Positions 52,812-64,000 of a stretch of 64,000 nt of DNA are shown piece after piece (positions within the stretch are counted from its first letter, which is position 1; the number at the start of each line of letters is the position of its first letter). Source of the stretch: Bugula neritina (Eukaryota > Animalia > Bryozoa). The position numbers were made by a program, and so were the translations under genes. The notes beneath the pieces are model-generated. The model was not told the DNA's origin, made no database searches, and was given only the letters and a program-made list of their open reading frames with translations. The DNA is taken from contig OZ037766.1 in assembly GCA_964035545.1 (NCBI GenBank), forward strand, positions 19,828,767 through 19,892,766, read 5' to 3'.

Positions 52812-53239
52812 CAGTGTGGTATATTAAGAGTGTTGACTTTAAACCATGAAAAATCATTATGTCGCTAATGGTACCGCGAGTTTATATAAGTTATAGAGGA
52901 AAAACTTTGCCACTTTTGTGATTTTATTTTTTTTTTTATATTATGTGTCCATTTTTTTTAGTTTTGTTTATTGGTAAAGTTTTTAAACATATTTTCAATA
53001 CATATAAAATTTTAAAAATAATTAAAACTTAATCATGCACGTAAATACAAAGCTATAAAGTTTAAGCTTCGCTGTGAATACAATGTGAATATGAATTGAA
53101 TAATGCTTGCAATAACCATTTTACACAAAATACGTTACAGTTGCTATAAATGTAAGACTAGTAAATTGGATGCAAATAGGCACGGTAATACTATTTAATT
53201 TATGCTATTTTTGAAATTTGTAGTAAATATTCGGCATGG

Positions 53240-53307
<68 letters not shown>

Positions 53308-53316
53308 TATATATAT

Positions 53317-53377
<61 letters not shown>

Positions 53378-54472
53378 TATAATAATATATTATATATTTT
53401 TATATTATATATTGTTATATTATATATATATATATATTATATAAGTAAATTAATATTATATATAATATATATATTATAATAATATATTATATAATATAAT
53501 AATATAATATATTATTGTATTATATATTATATTATATATATATATTATCATATAATATATATTATTATATTATATTATTTATAATATATATATATATATA
53601 TTATAATAATATATTATATATTAATATATATTATATTATATTATATATATATATTATACAAGTATAATAATATTATATATAATATATATATATATTATAA
53701 TAATATATATATTATAATAATATATTATATATTATTATATTATATATTATATTATATATATTATATATATAATATCATATACAATATATTATTATAATAT
53801 AATATTATATTATATATTATATTATATATATATTATATATATATTATAATATCATATATAATATATAAAATATATTATTATATTATATATTATATATAAA
53901 ATAATATCATATATAATATATTATTATATTATATATTAAATTATATACATTATATATATATAATGATATTATATATAATATATATATATACACATAATAA
54001 TATTATATTATATATATATATATATATATATACATGCCAAATATTTACTACAAAATTCAAAAATAGCATAAATTAAGTAGTATTACCGTGCCTATTTGCA
54101 TCCAATTAACTAGTCTTACATTTATAGCAACTGTAGCGTATTTTGTGTATAATGGTTATTGCAAGCATTATTCAATTCATATTCACATTGTAATCACAGC
54201 GAAGCTTTAACTTTATAACTTTGTATTTATGTGCATGATTGAGTTTTAATTTTTCTTTTAATTTTATGTGCATTAAAAATGTGTTTAAAAACTTTACCAA
54301 TAAACAAAATTAAAAAAAGTGTACACATAAAATAGAAAAAAAATAAAATAACAAAAGTGGCAAAATTTTTCCTTTATAACTTTTATAAACTCGCGGTACC
54401 AATCTCGGCATAATGGCGCCCATATGATTCCGTAAGATTTGCTAATGGCAACACTCTTAATATACCACACTG
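52812..54472. mobile_element. hAT-like non-autonomous element with ~430-bp TIRs around an ~790-bp TA-rich core
   Basis: Termini cagtgtggtatattaagagtgttg / caacactcttaatataccacactg; perfect 8-bp TSD gtaataaa at 52804-52811 and 54473-54480; arms 52812-~53240 and ~54033-54472. Confidence 0.9.
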
Positions 54473-54963
54473 GTAATAAACTTTTTCTGCACGCATCTCA
54501 CCCAAACTCAATGACTAGAGTTAGATAATAAGATAAAGCACCTCAGAGATGTAGAAATTAAAATTGCTAAAGTCTTAGAAAAAATTTTTAAAGGTATTAA
54601 AAATTGGGTAAATTTTCCTCAGAACAGTCACATTACCTGTCAGCGCTGTTAGGATTTGTCTATGTATTTCACTATTTGAGTTTCGAACAATTACAATAAC
54701 AATAATATTAATTGAATAAATATAATGATAATCATAATGAGTAATGCTTATATTAATAATAATACTAATACTAATAGTGATATTACTAATACTAATAGTA
54801 ATAGTATTACTATTTGTATTACTAATACTAATAGCAATAATAATATTAAAAACATCAACTAATACTAATAGTAATACTAATAGTAATAGACTTTGGTAAT
54901 CATACTCACAGTCATAATGATACTGATAGACTCTCACCATAGGCATAATGATAGTCATACTTA

Positions 54964-55987
54964 TCTAGGTCTAGGTCTAGGTAACTCAAGAACCTTTAGA
55001 TCCCGATGCCGGGCAAAAGAAGGTCGTCATATCGTAAAAAGACTTGTATTTTACAGTAGTCCGCGTAGATCGCGCGATGTTCTAGGTAAAAAACTATGTA
55101 AGTAAAAACTAGTATTTGCACACACAGCCAATGGAGCACCCCCTAAGACTGAACGAGTCTGGTAACTATGAATGTTATTTTGTATTTGATTAAAACTCTC
55201 AATAAAAGAAGTGTGGCTGCTGCCTGATAAAAACTTTAGCATCAGGGACATTCTGGCATTTTTGCGCCTCAATTCCAGAAGTTCCAGCTCTAGAGAAATT
55301 CTCCCTTCAGTAACGCTATTTCTGCCCTTAATACCTAAAATAAATCTAATTGCCTTTCTCTGGACGCCTTCTAGCAATGAAACCTGTCTTGCTAGATGGG
55401 GGTCCCAGACCTCACACGCATATTCCAGCAGTGGCCTACACAAAGTGTGGTAGGCAACCCGCTTCACCCTCCGTGGGGCATCAAAGAGCACGTGTTTAAT
55501 CATACCCAATCTTTGGCTAGCCCTAGCTGTTATTGTCTCTATGTGCAAATCCCAACTAAAGTTATTTGAAATAAAGACACCAAGGTATTTAAAACTCTTC
55601 ACTAAGGCTAGTGGTATGTTGTTTAAAAAATATTCAGGACTATAATTGTCGCAATCCTGCCTAGCAAACCGAACAATCTGACACTTCTCAGTATTAAAAG
55701 ACATTTTCCACTGAGAAGCCCATTGTTCAAGTGAAGCCAAATCCTCTTGAAATTTAACTGAATCTTCTAGAGTATTAACCGGGCGATAAAGTAACGCATC
55801 ATCTGCAAAAAGTTTAATCTAGGATGACTGGAGAATGTCTGATATGTCATTGATGTAGACCAAAAACATGGACGGCCCAAGCACAGAACCCTGTGGAACT
55901 CCCGAAGAAACAGCCAAATCATTGGAAGCAATTCCTTCTATAACCACTCTTTGTAATCTATTGGACAAAAAATCTTTGGTCCATAGT
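54964..55987 (-). mobile_element. 5'-truncated CR1/L2-group LINE, 3' end of ORF2 (RT) plus short 3' UTR and (ACCTAG)n tail
   Basis: WTKDFLSNRLQRVV...GVPQGSVLGPSMFLVYINDI...*IKLFADDALLY...WKMSFNTEKC...KYLGV...RPLLEYACEVWDP...LEGVQRKAIRF...FLPRTSRD; one in-frame TAG at 55819-55821; three ACCTAG units at the 3' end. Confidence 0.92.
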
Positions 55988-56451
55988 ATAGTAAAGTATA
56001 GTATAGTAAAACTGATACTTATACTCATACTAATATAATTAGTAATGCTTACAAACTGCAGTTATTGTTTAATCTGTCGACTAGTGTCTTGGGTCTAACA
56101 CTTACACTAACAGTAAAACTAAGTGTAACAGTAAGTGTCACTGTAAGTGTAGAAGTAGGTGTAACACTTGCACCAACATTAACTCAAGCTGAAAGTTACT
56201 AATACTAGTACTAGTAATAGTTACTGTTAGTCATTAGTGTAACACTTACAGTAATGACTAACAGTAATGTCTGTAAGTCAAACTCAAAGTCAAAGTGTAA
56301 AGCTTACTCAAATTGCTAAGAGTAAGCATTATGCTTATTGGCTATTGCTAAGGCAAAGGGAAACTTAAAATAAAAATGACAAAAATCAAGATATTTTCAC
56401 TTATCAGTGACACTTGCACTGATTGTGAGTATCGCTAGTACTTTTACTAGT

Positions 56452-59046
56452 GGGTCATTTGATGTCAACTCAACAAATGGCCCACGCCTTTGCATATCAG
56501 ATTTTGTTCATATTTACACTAAATCGACCTACACATGTCTTGAGTACTATTCATGAATATTTCTGTTCTGACACAAAATTTTTTTGAGAAATGACTGCTT
56601 TTGTGAACAAAATTCGGGAAAAATTTTGAGGAAAGTTTGTGATTTCTACTTATAGACCAATTTATTAACGTCCATATCTCAATTATTTTTTAGACTGAGC
56701 CTTAAAATTCGCTGTGTGATTTGATAACACCTATCAATTTGCACTAGTAGTAATACACCCTACAGAATACTTTGCGTGCATATATGCTAAGCCATTGAAT
56801 ATTGGGAAATTTTTGTAAACTTTGAAAAATTTCAAATATTCGCCACATCATAAAAGGCGTTTATTTTTATTTTACTTTCATAAATTTTTCCCATAAATAG
56901 TTGATTATGGTGACTTTATACTCCCCAATTTGTGTAATTTTGAAAACAATGTTTTTTTAGATATAGACACCGGGAGTTGAGAAAGTGTGAAAATTTGCCC
57001 AACTTCACAAGGATGTGGCCCGATGTTTGAATGCAGTAAAATATTTCAAACAAGCATTTTTTGTAAGGCTATTTAGTGTATTTTGTAAATCCATAAGTTT
57101 GAACGTCCTTAAATTGTCCAAACCTAACATATATCGCACGGAAAACTGGTATGTGTACAAAAATTGACAAAATACAATTTTTCAATATAATATGTTGGAA
57201 TCATACATTTTTTATTATTCATATTGGTCAAAATGTTAAGTAGATACATATATGTTTTCTATATATATCATATTTACTAAAGATTACAATAAAATATGGT
57301 TTGTGTGCAATATTGGCAAAAATTTCTGCCAATTGGCATTGTACGGTATTCCCATTTACTTTCATGTAGCAATTGTTATTTCTGTGAGTGCATGGTGTGA
57401 AACAGCTGAAGTCTTGCTGGAATCAAGTACATTAAGTAATTGATGCACGGGTGGTTTTAATAAACATGCCCAGATATAGCACCATGGCCCTGAACACAAT
57501 AGGCCTAATTAGGTCAACAAGGGGGGGGGGGGGTTAATACATGCTGGAAACAATTCTAGCTTTTGAAACAGACCGTGTCTAAATATAGCAGAATGGCCCT
57601 AACCTCACCCTAATTAGGTCAGTAATTGGCCCCAAGCTAAGTATAATATTTATCATTCTGAAAAAAATCTACAACCTTTTCTTTCAAATGTGGAGAGAAT
57701 AGTCTTCCAACTTTAGCATCTGGTTCAAAAAGAATTTCTTTTGCAGTTTTCTGGCTTGCCATGCCAGGTAATTGTTTGCTCCAAATTTCGTGGCTGTTCT
57801 ATCGCTGGCTCAGCTTTCTGGTGCTAATGGCAATAACTGGATCTTCTTTTGTCGCAAAGAAATTTTCACATTCTTATTCAAGGAACATAATAATTTTTTC
57901 AAATCTTTATGATAACTAGGCTTTATACAGGCATTTGTCGCCTCTGCACGGAGTTCCTTTTCATCTATGCTCAAAACTGTGGCCACCATCTCAATAATGA
58001 CCTCATCCACTTGCTTCCGTTCTCTTTTCCCATAGCTCACTTCACTGTATGGGCTGATTTTTGCAGCTTTCAAAGAAGAAGATCTCAATCCTGTCATTCC
58101 AGTGTCTATGCTTCCTTCTCAACTTGAAGAAATGCATCACTTTTAGTTTCCTGAGAGTAATAGAAAAGCTCAGCTTTCTAAGGCAATTAATGCACAGTTT
58201 CTCTCAGTTTCTACAGTTTAAAGGAGTAAAAATTAATACCAGGAGAGCCCCAAAAATCAGCCCATACAGTAAAGTAAACTATGGGAAAAGAAAAGGGAAT
58301 CAAGTGAAGGAGGTCATTACTGAAAAGATTGCCACAGTCTCGAGTATAGAGGGAGAGGAACTTCACCCAGAAGCCTCAAATGCCTGTATAAAGCCTAGTA
58401 ATCATAAAGATTTGGACATAATAATATGTTCCTTGAATAAGAAGGTAAAAGTTTCCTCTCGGCAAAAGAAGGTTCATTGGCACCAGAAAGCTGGACCATT
58501 GATAAGACATCCACAGAATTTGGAGTAAAAAGTTACCTTGCACGGCAAGTCAGAAGACTGCAAAAGGAGTTCTGTCTGAACCAGATACTAAGCTGGAATA
58601 TCATTGTTTCCAGTTATGAAAAAGAGATTTGTAAAAGATTTTTCAAGATAAACATTAGACATCGCATGGGGCCAATTACTTGGTTCTTTAACCAGTACTG
58701 ACCAAATTACTGTGAGATTAGGGCCATTTTTCTATATTTAGACATATCTGTTTCAAAAGCCACAATTTTTTCCAGCATGTTTTGAACACCCCCTCCCCTC
58801 ATCGACTTAATTAGGCCTATTGTGTTCAGGGCCATAGTATTATATTTGGGCATGTTTTTTGAAGCCACCCTTGCTTGAGTTACTTAATGTACTTGATTCC
58901 AGCAAGACTTCAACTGTTTCACACCATGCACTCACAGAAATAACAATTGCTACATGAAAGTAAATGAGAATATTGCATAATGCCAATCGGCAGAATTTTT
59001 ACACAATATTACACACAAATCATATTTTATTGTAACTTTCAGTAGA
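56452..59046. mobile_element. Rearranged DNA transposon relic (possibly Sola2-like) with an inverted duplication of transposase fragments
   Basis: Left terminus gggtcatttgatgtcaactcaac. Arms ~57272-58075 and ~58245-59046 are diverged inverted copies, each encoding KISPYS.V.YGKR...LAPES; the plus-strand copy continues W...EFGVKSYLARQVRRLQKE. The superfamily call is from memory of such motifs, not from a search. Confidence 0.7.
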
Positions 59047-59194
59047 TCCTATCTAATGTTAATCTAAAAGTAAAATTATAGCAGTAAGACTAGCAGTACT
59101 AGTACTAATAGTAATACTAATGGTTCTGTACTAGTTACAGCTTATGCATTATCATTATCATATTATGGTCATTTCTTGCTTGAAAAGAGTTGAT

Positions 59195-59430
59195 TTGCAG
59201 GAGTTAGGCAATCTTCAAGGGGCATCATATAAGTTTTTAATATGTAATCGTTTGAGTTTGAGTTTAATATTTAAAGTGTTTACTAGGAATGTCGTAAACC
59301 TATGAAACTTTCTCTCACAAAAATTTTAAATGAAGAATAACAGGTGGGCAAAACCTATGGTATGATGCGTTGCTTTTTTATATACCCGATATTCTCTAAG
59401 GTGCCACTTTTAGTTTTAGCATCTAGAATA
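59195..59430 (+). mobile_element. Fragment related to the TIR of the 1693-3191 element
   Basis: Shares caaggggcatca, tttgagtttaatatt, acctatgaaact.tctctca, aggtgggca, gctttttt and ttctctaag with ~1850-2085. Confidence 0.7.
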
Positions 59431-62114
59431 TTAATTTTTAGTATGCAGACACTTTTTATTGTCGTTATAATTCACACCAACTCCTATTTCATTCTGACAA
59501 AAAAAATCTTGTTTTACAACCTGCAATATTAAAACCAATTAAATTGTGGAATTACCTTCCCTGTATTAAAAATCTGCATTTTCACCCAATATAATTGTTT
59601 TTTATCGATTGGGCTAGCAATACCTGGTTTTAATTGAACTTTAGCCTGTTTTATTACCTGATGGCTCATTTTCAATAGAGGATTAAAACAAATATTGTTT
59701 CAAACACATGAACATGAAACTTTTCATCGTTTGAATAGCTATTAACATTAAATACTTAATGTTTAATAATGAATTATGTGCATTCTGTCAGTCACAGACA
59801 TAATTGAGATAATGCAGCCTTATAACTTTGACAGAAACTTATTTTAAAATAGTAAAATGGCTCAATACTTACTTTGTTGCAGTGGAGATAAAATTTTATA
59901 AACGTGCTATATTAATTTTATCTATGCAGCAAAATTTAATAACTCTTTTGCTTCACACAGTAGCTGTGTTCAAGATTTATTTGAAAATCTCTTTGAAGAA
60001 ATCTAAGTAGAACTAAAACAAGGTCAATATTTTAGTCCAAGGTTATTTCTGGATGATCATTTATAACAAAAATCACTCTTAAGCAAGTTTTACAAGCAAC
60101 ATTAAAGCAGGTAGCTCACTAGAATCAAGCATGTGATTGAGTAATTAAATAACTTAGCCACAGTTATTTATATAAGGCGCTACTAAGCATAGATGCTGCT
60201 GCAGCTATGGATAAATAAAGTTCAGCAACTGATTGCTGAACCATCATTCGAGCAAGTTTTTGCCAGCCATCACATGACTTTATGCAAACAGAAAAAGCCT
60301 GATAACATTTTAGAAAATGCATTTGATAAAAAGAAGACAGCAAAAGCACTAAGATGATTTTTTTTAAATAAAGTTGACTTAAATACAAAATCATTAAAAT
60401 TTTAGAGAGATCATTGGGTGTTGATTTATTACACCAAATTATGAAAAATCAAATCAACTTGATTCAACTCAGCAAACCAAAAGTCAACCCTCTTTCATTT
60501 CAAGAGTCCAAGGTAGTCACAAATGTCATTCAAGATACTTTGTTGAACATTGAGAAGTCTATTGAAAATTCAATTACAACCTGGTTCTTGGCAAAGTTTG
60601 CTCTACCTAAATTATTTGAATTAAATCTAAGTTCCTTTTCCAATGTATGATACAGTCGTCTATAAGAAAAAAGTACTATTCAAGGAACTGAATAAAAATG
60701 AATTGTTATTGTTATGCCTTAAAATCTCTCTCGATACCCCTTCTAATGACAAAAATGTTTCTCTAAATAATTGTGTTATTTTCAGTTTTTCAAACAATTC
60801 TGTCTTGATCTTTTGCAAATATGCGATTTATGTAGTCCAGAAAGTCATATGGTTTTACATTGCAATCATTTTTAAAAGTATGAGGTTAACTAGCTGGCAC
60901 TTGATGATTCTTTACTTAGTTCTCTCTTGAGTAATTCACAATAAACACTATTTTTTAAGTCTATTTCAGTCTATTTTTGTGGGTTAGGCTTATTCAGAAA
61001 CTAGCTAATGATGTTTATGTTATCTCTATGATTATAGAATACAAGATCACCGCTATATTTGCAGTAGTATCTGTATCTATGCTCATGTATATAAGCATGC
61101 TATATATAATAGACATCACTTGTATATTATATACAATTTACGCACGCAGACAAAAGTATCACGTGTTACATGCAAAGTACACCGGTGACAGGTCATGACC
61201 CATCAAACAACCCTGGGATACTTATTTTTACAACTCATCAGTTGTCATTTCATACTTGTCATATGCAGCAGATACCATGGTCTTTTTATTTTAGCTTTTT
61301 ACTTTGAATTCTCAATTCCGTTCTTGTTTTGTTTGAGTTTTCTATTAAAAGATAGTTATATTGGACATCAAATTTGTGTAGACTGTAGTAATATTTAAAA
61401 AGATATGTAATCAAAATGTATTTCAACTTTTTGAAACAATCGCGCATATGACAAGTCTGAGGAGATTTATCTGTGACCTATTTTTTTTGCTCTTGCAGAT
61501 TGAGAGAGCAGTTGGAGGAGTTATATCAACCTACTGACTCTGAGTTGAACCTTTATTTCACTAAGCATAGCTCTTTGCTGCTAAGGTATGTAAAATATAA
61601 GTATTCGTGTATGTGTGTGAGGCCTATGTTTATGCAAGTGTAAAGAAGTAAAGGTTGCTTTGAGAGTTTTATTTTGATGTCTATTTGAAAATCAATATAG
61701 TTTAAGATTTTATGTTGGATATTATCTGGAAGACTGAAACTGCCACTGTTTTATATATACTTATAGGCAAATCATAATAATGTTTGGGTCAAAGTGATAA
61801 AGTTTTTAAAATGGTGGCTGCCACCATTCATCAGCACTTACTTGCCAAATATAGGCTGTTGTCGCGGAGTACTATCATTATGTAAATGTGAAAAGGAACA
61901 GATAGTCAAAAAGGTCATTTTAGCAGACCTTATCTACTAATATTACAGCTTGTAATGAAGTAACTCAACATCTCCCACACTGTAACTTGACATTTTGCCA
62001 CAACTGATAGCTAGCTAGCATATATTCAATCAATCTTATGTAACTTGATGACCAAATGCTTCTCTCCACTTCTATAGCATTCCAGTTTGGATTTTACTTG
62101 CAGTTATAGACAAG

Positions 62115-64000
62115 ATGGCTTCTTCCAAGTGTAGTGTAGAGACTTTAATCAAACATGCAGCTTCTACTATTGGTGAAGGACCACACTGGGAAGAGAAAAC
62201 CGGGAAACTGCTCTATGTAGATATAATGGCAGATGATGTTTATCGGTACGACGTTGAGACTGGTATCAATGAAAAGATGCATTTAGGTAGGGTGCCCAAG
62301 CGTCTGTTCCTACGACATGATTCATTTTATTTGGCAATACAGCTTAAGCGAGTTTGATGTACATACTTGATGGTATCTTATATCAAAACAGTCTATGTTG
62401 ACATCATTGAAGTAAATTCTTGCATACATATATCTATCTAAATTAATCTTTGTTTCACATATTGCTATTTTCATGTGCTTTATGTTGGTTTTTTAAGTTA
62501 GTTAAAGCAAAGGTAATTTCATTACTCAAATAAACATTTATATGTATTCTTAGCTTGAATATTCAGTTCAAGCTCAAGTAAACCTAAACTTGTCATGAAC
62601 CTATAGTAGATGAACCAACAAAATTCTATTGTGAATGTTCTGGTGCAAATTTTTACCATAAAACATTATCCCAGTCGTTATTCTGGAGCACCTGTTTTCA
62701 CTTAAGTAATTTTTTAGTAGAAGCAGTTTGTGTTTGTATTAGCAGAAGATTGTATTGTTATTGGCAGATGGTTCTACCAGTATAATTGTACCAGCTGAGG
62801 ATGGTGGATATATTGCATCATCTCTGAGGAAGTTATGCCATCTTGACTGGGAAACAAAAACTGTGACAGACATACTTGAAGTGCCATCTATAGGCTCAAA
62901 TGACCGGTTCAATGATGGAAAGTGTGACAGTAATGGCCGTCTTTGGGCTGGTATAAATTAAAATGCTATTTACTTTGATTTATTTAAATGATAAATAAAT
63001 TATACGCACACACGCACACTCGCACACACGCACACACACACACACAACTCTGGCAACAAATATTTACCTAGTCAAAACATTAAAACAGCAGTTTAAATGG
63101 ATTCACTATCAAGTAAATTTTATGCCGCAGGTAGTAGGTTATCATAAGCAATTTATGCTTTTGTAGGAACAATGGGACATGAAAGTAAACCTGCTGTAAA
63201 TGAATTGGAAAAGGGCTGTCTTTACAAGCTAGACAAGGATAAAGAAATTCACACCATGGTTGAAGGGGTCTCCATATCTAATGGTCTTGCTTGGACTGCA
63301 GACAACACAGTGATGTATTATATTGATAGTATCCCACGACATGTCTACGCCTACGACTTTGATCAAGCTACTGGATCCATCTGTATGTTTGAGATAGACA
63401 GAGCATAAATTCATAATGTTTTCTAATTTCACTAACATTTTTGTGTTGTAAAAACGATTTTGCTTGTTTAATGAGAACCATTGTATAGTATAAGTATTGT
63501 ATAAGTATACCTTGCTACTTTTACTTATAGCAGCAAACACTTTGTAAACTTTTGCAGCTAATAAAAGGATTGCTGTAGACTTTAATAAGTGGTCAATAGA
63601 TGACACAGCATTTCCAGATGGCATGACTATCGATATTGAAGGAAAACTGTGGGTTGCTGGTTATATGAGCTCAAAGGTTCTACAGTTTGACCCAGTTACA
63701 GGTAATAGGTTAAAATGTCATAGCTCTATCATTTTGCTGTGCCAACAGTTGACCAAGTTATCTACCAAAAGCATGATTTTGCGCTCTTAAAACAATACTG
63801 GCAATGCTATTGGCTCGCTAACATATATAATATTTTTTGCAGGTGCTAAAATCAGGGAAGTAACTGTTCCTGGGAAGAGGACGACTTCCTGTTGTTTTGG
63901 AGGGCGGGACTACACCGAGATGTTTGTGACATCTGCGCGAGCCGGGTGGACAGAAGAAGAGTTTCAACAGCTTGACCCATTAGCAGGCTCTGTGTTTAAA
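62115..64000 (+). CDS. RGN: Regucalcin / SMP-30 / gluconolactonase family, 3' end outside the window
   Basis: Exons 62115-62286, 62768-62950, 63167-63382, 63558-63701, 63843->64000, all phase 1. Motifs GEGPHW, LYVDI, RFNDGKCDSNGRLWAGTM, ISNGLAW, PDGMTIDIEGKLWVA, TSCCFGG, MFVTSA, AGSVFK. Probable 5' non-coding exon ~61499-61586. Confidence 0.95.

Noticed and set aside
61190-61215. Right terminus of the transposon starting at 56452
   Set aside because: Only a partial 13-bp match (catcaaacaaccc) with no extension into subterminal sequence.
63229-63624. 131-aa minus-strand ORF
   Set aside because: It overlaps regucalcin exons and an intron in antisense and has no independent coding signal.

Overview
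AT-rich (roughly 30% GC by eye), intron-containing animal genomic DNA, probably from an invertebrate; the species cannot be determined from the sequence. In order, the window holds: the last exon of cytoplasmic alanyl-tRNA synthetase (+); a head-to-head pair of highly divergent Bcl-2-fold genes that the ORF track misses because they are split into exons (a minus-strand gene with TWO tandem Bcl-2-like domains, ~546 aa, and a plus-strand gene with one domain fused to a ~1040-aa Q/H/P-rich tail with decapeptide repeats, ~1225 aa); four paralogous secreted glycine-rich cationic peptide genes with the same 3-exon layout, each ending in a Tyr-stop micro-exon; a 343-bp retrozyme-like element bounded by two type I hammerhead ribozymes and inserted in (TA)n; an acidic/coiled-coil gene ending in a CaaX box (-); and a regucalcin gene (+, truncated by the window edge). 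Mobile DNA includes three long inverted-repeat (foldback-like) elements (one with an 8-bp TSD), a PIF/Harbinger-type MITE, a decayed Penelope GIY-YIG fragment, a CR1/L2-type LINE 3' end, four SINE copies and a possible solo LTR. All exon models were built by hand from GT-AG sites and frame/phase continuity, and no database searches were run.
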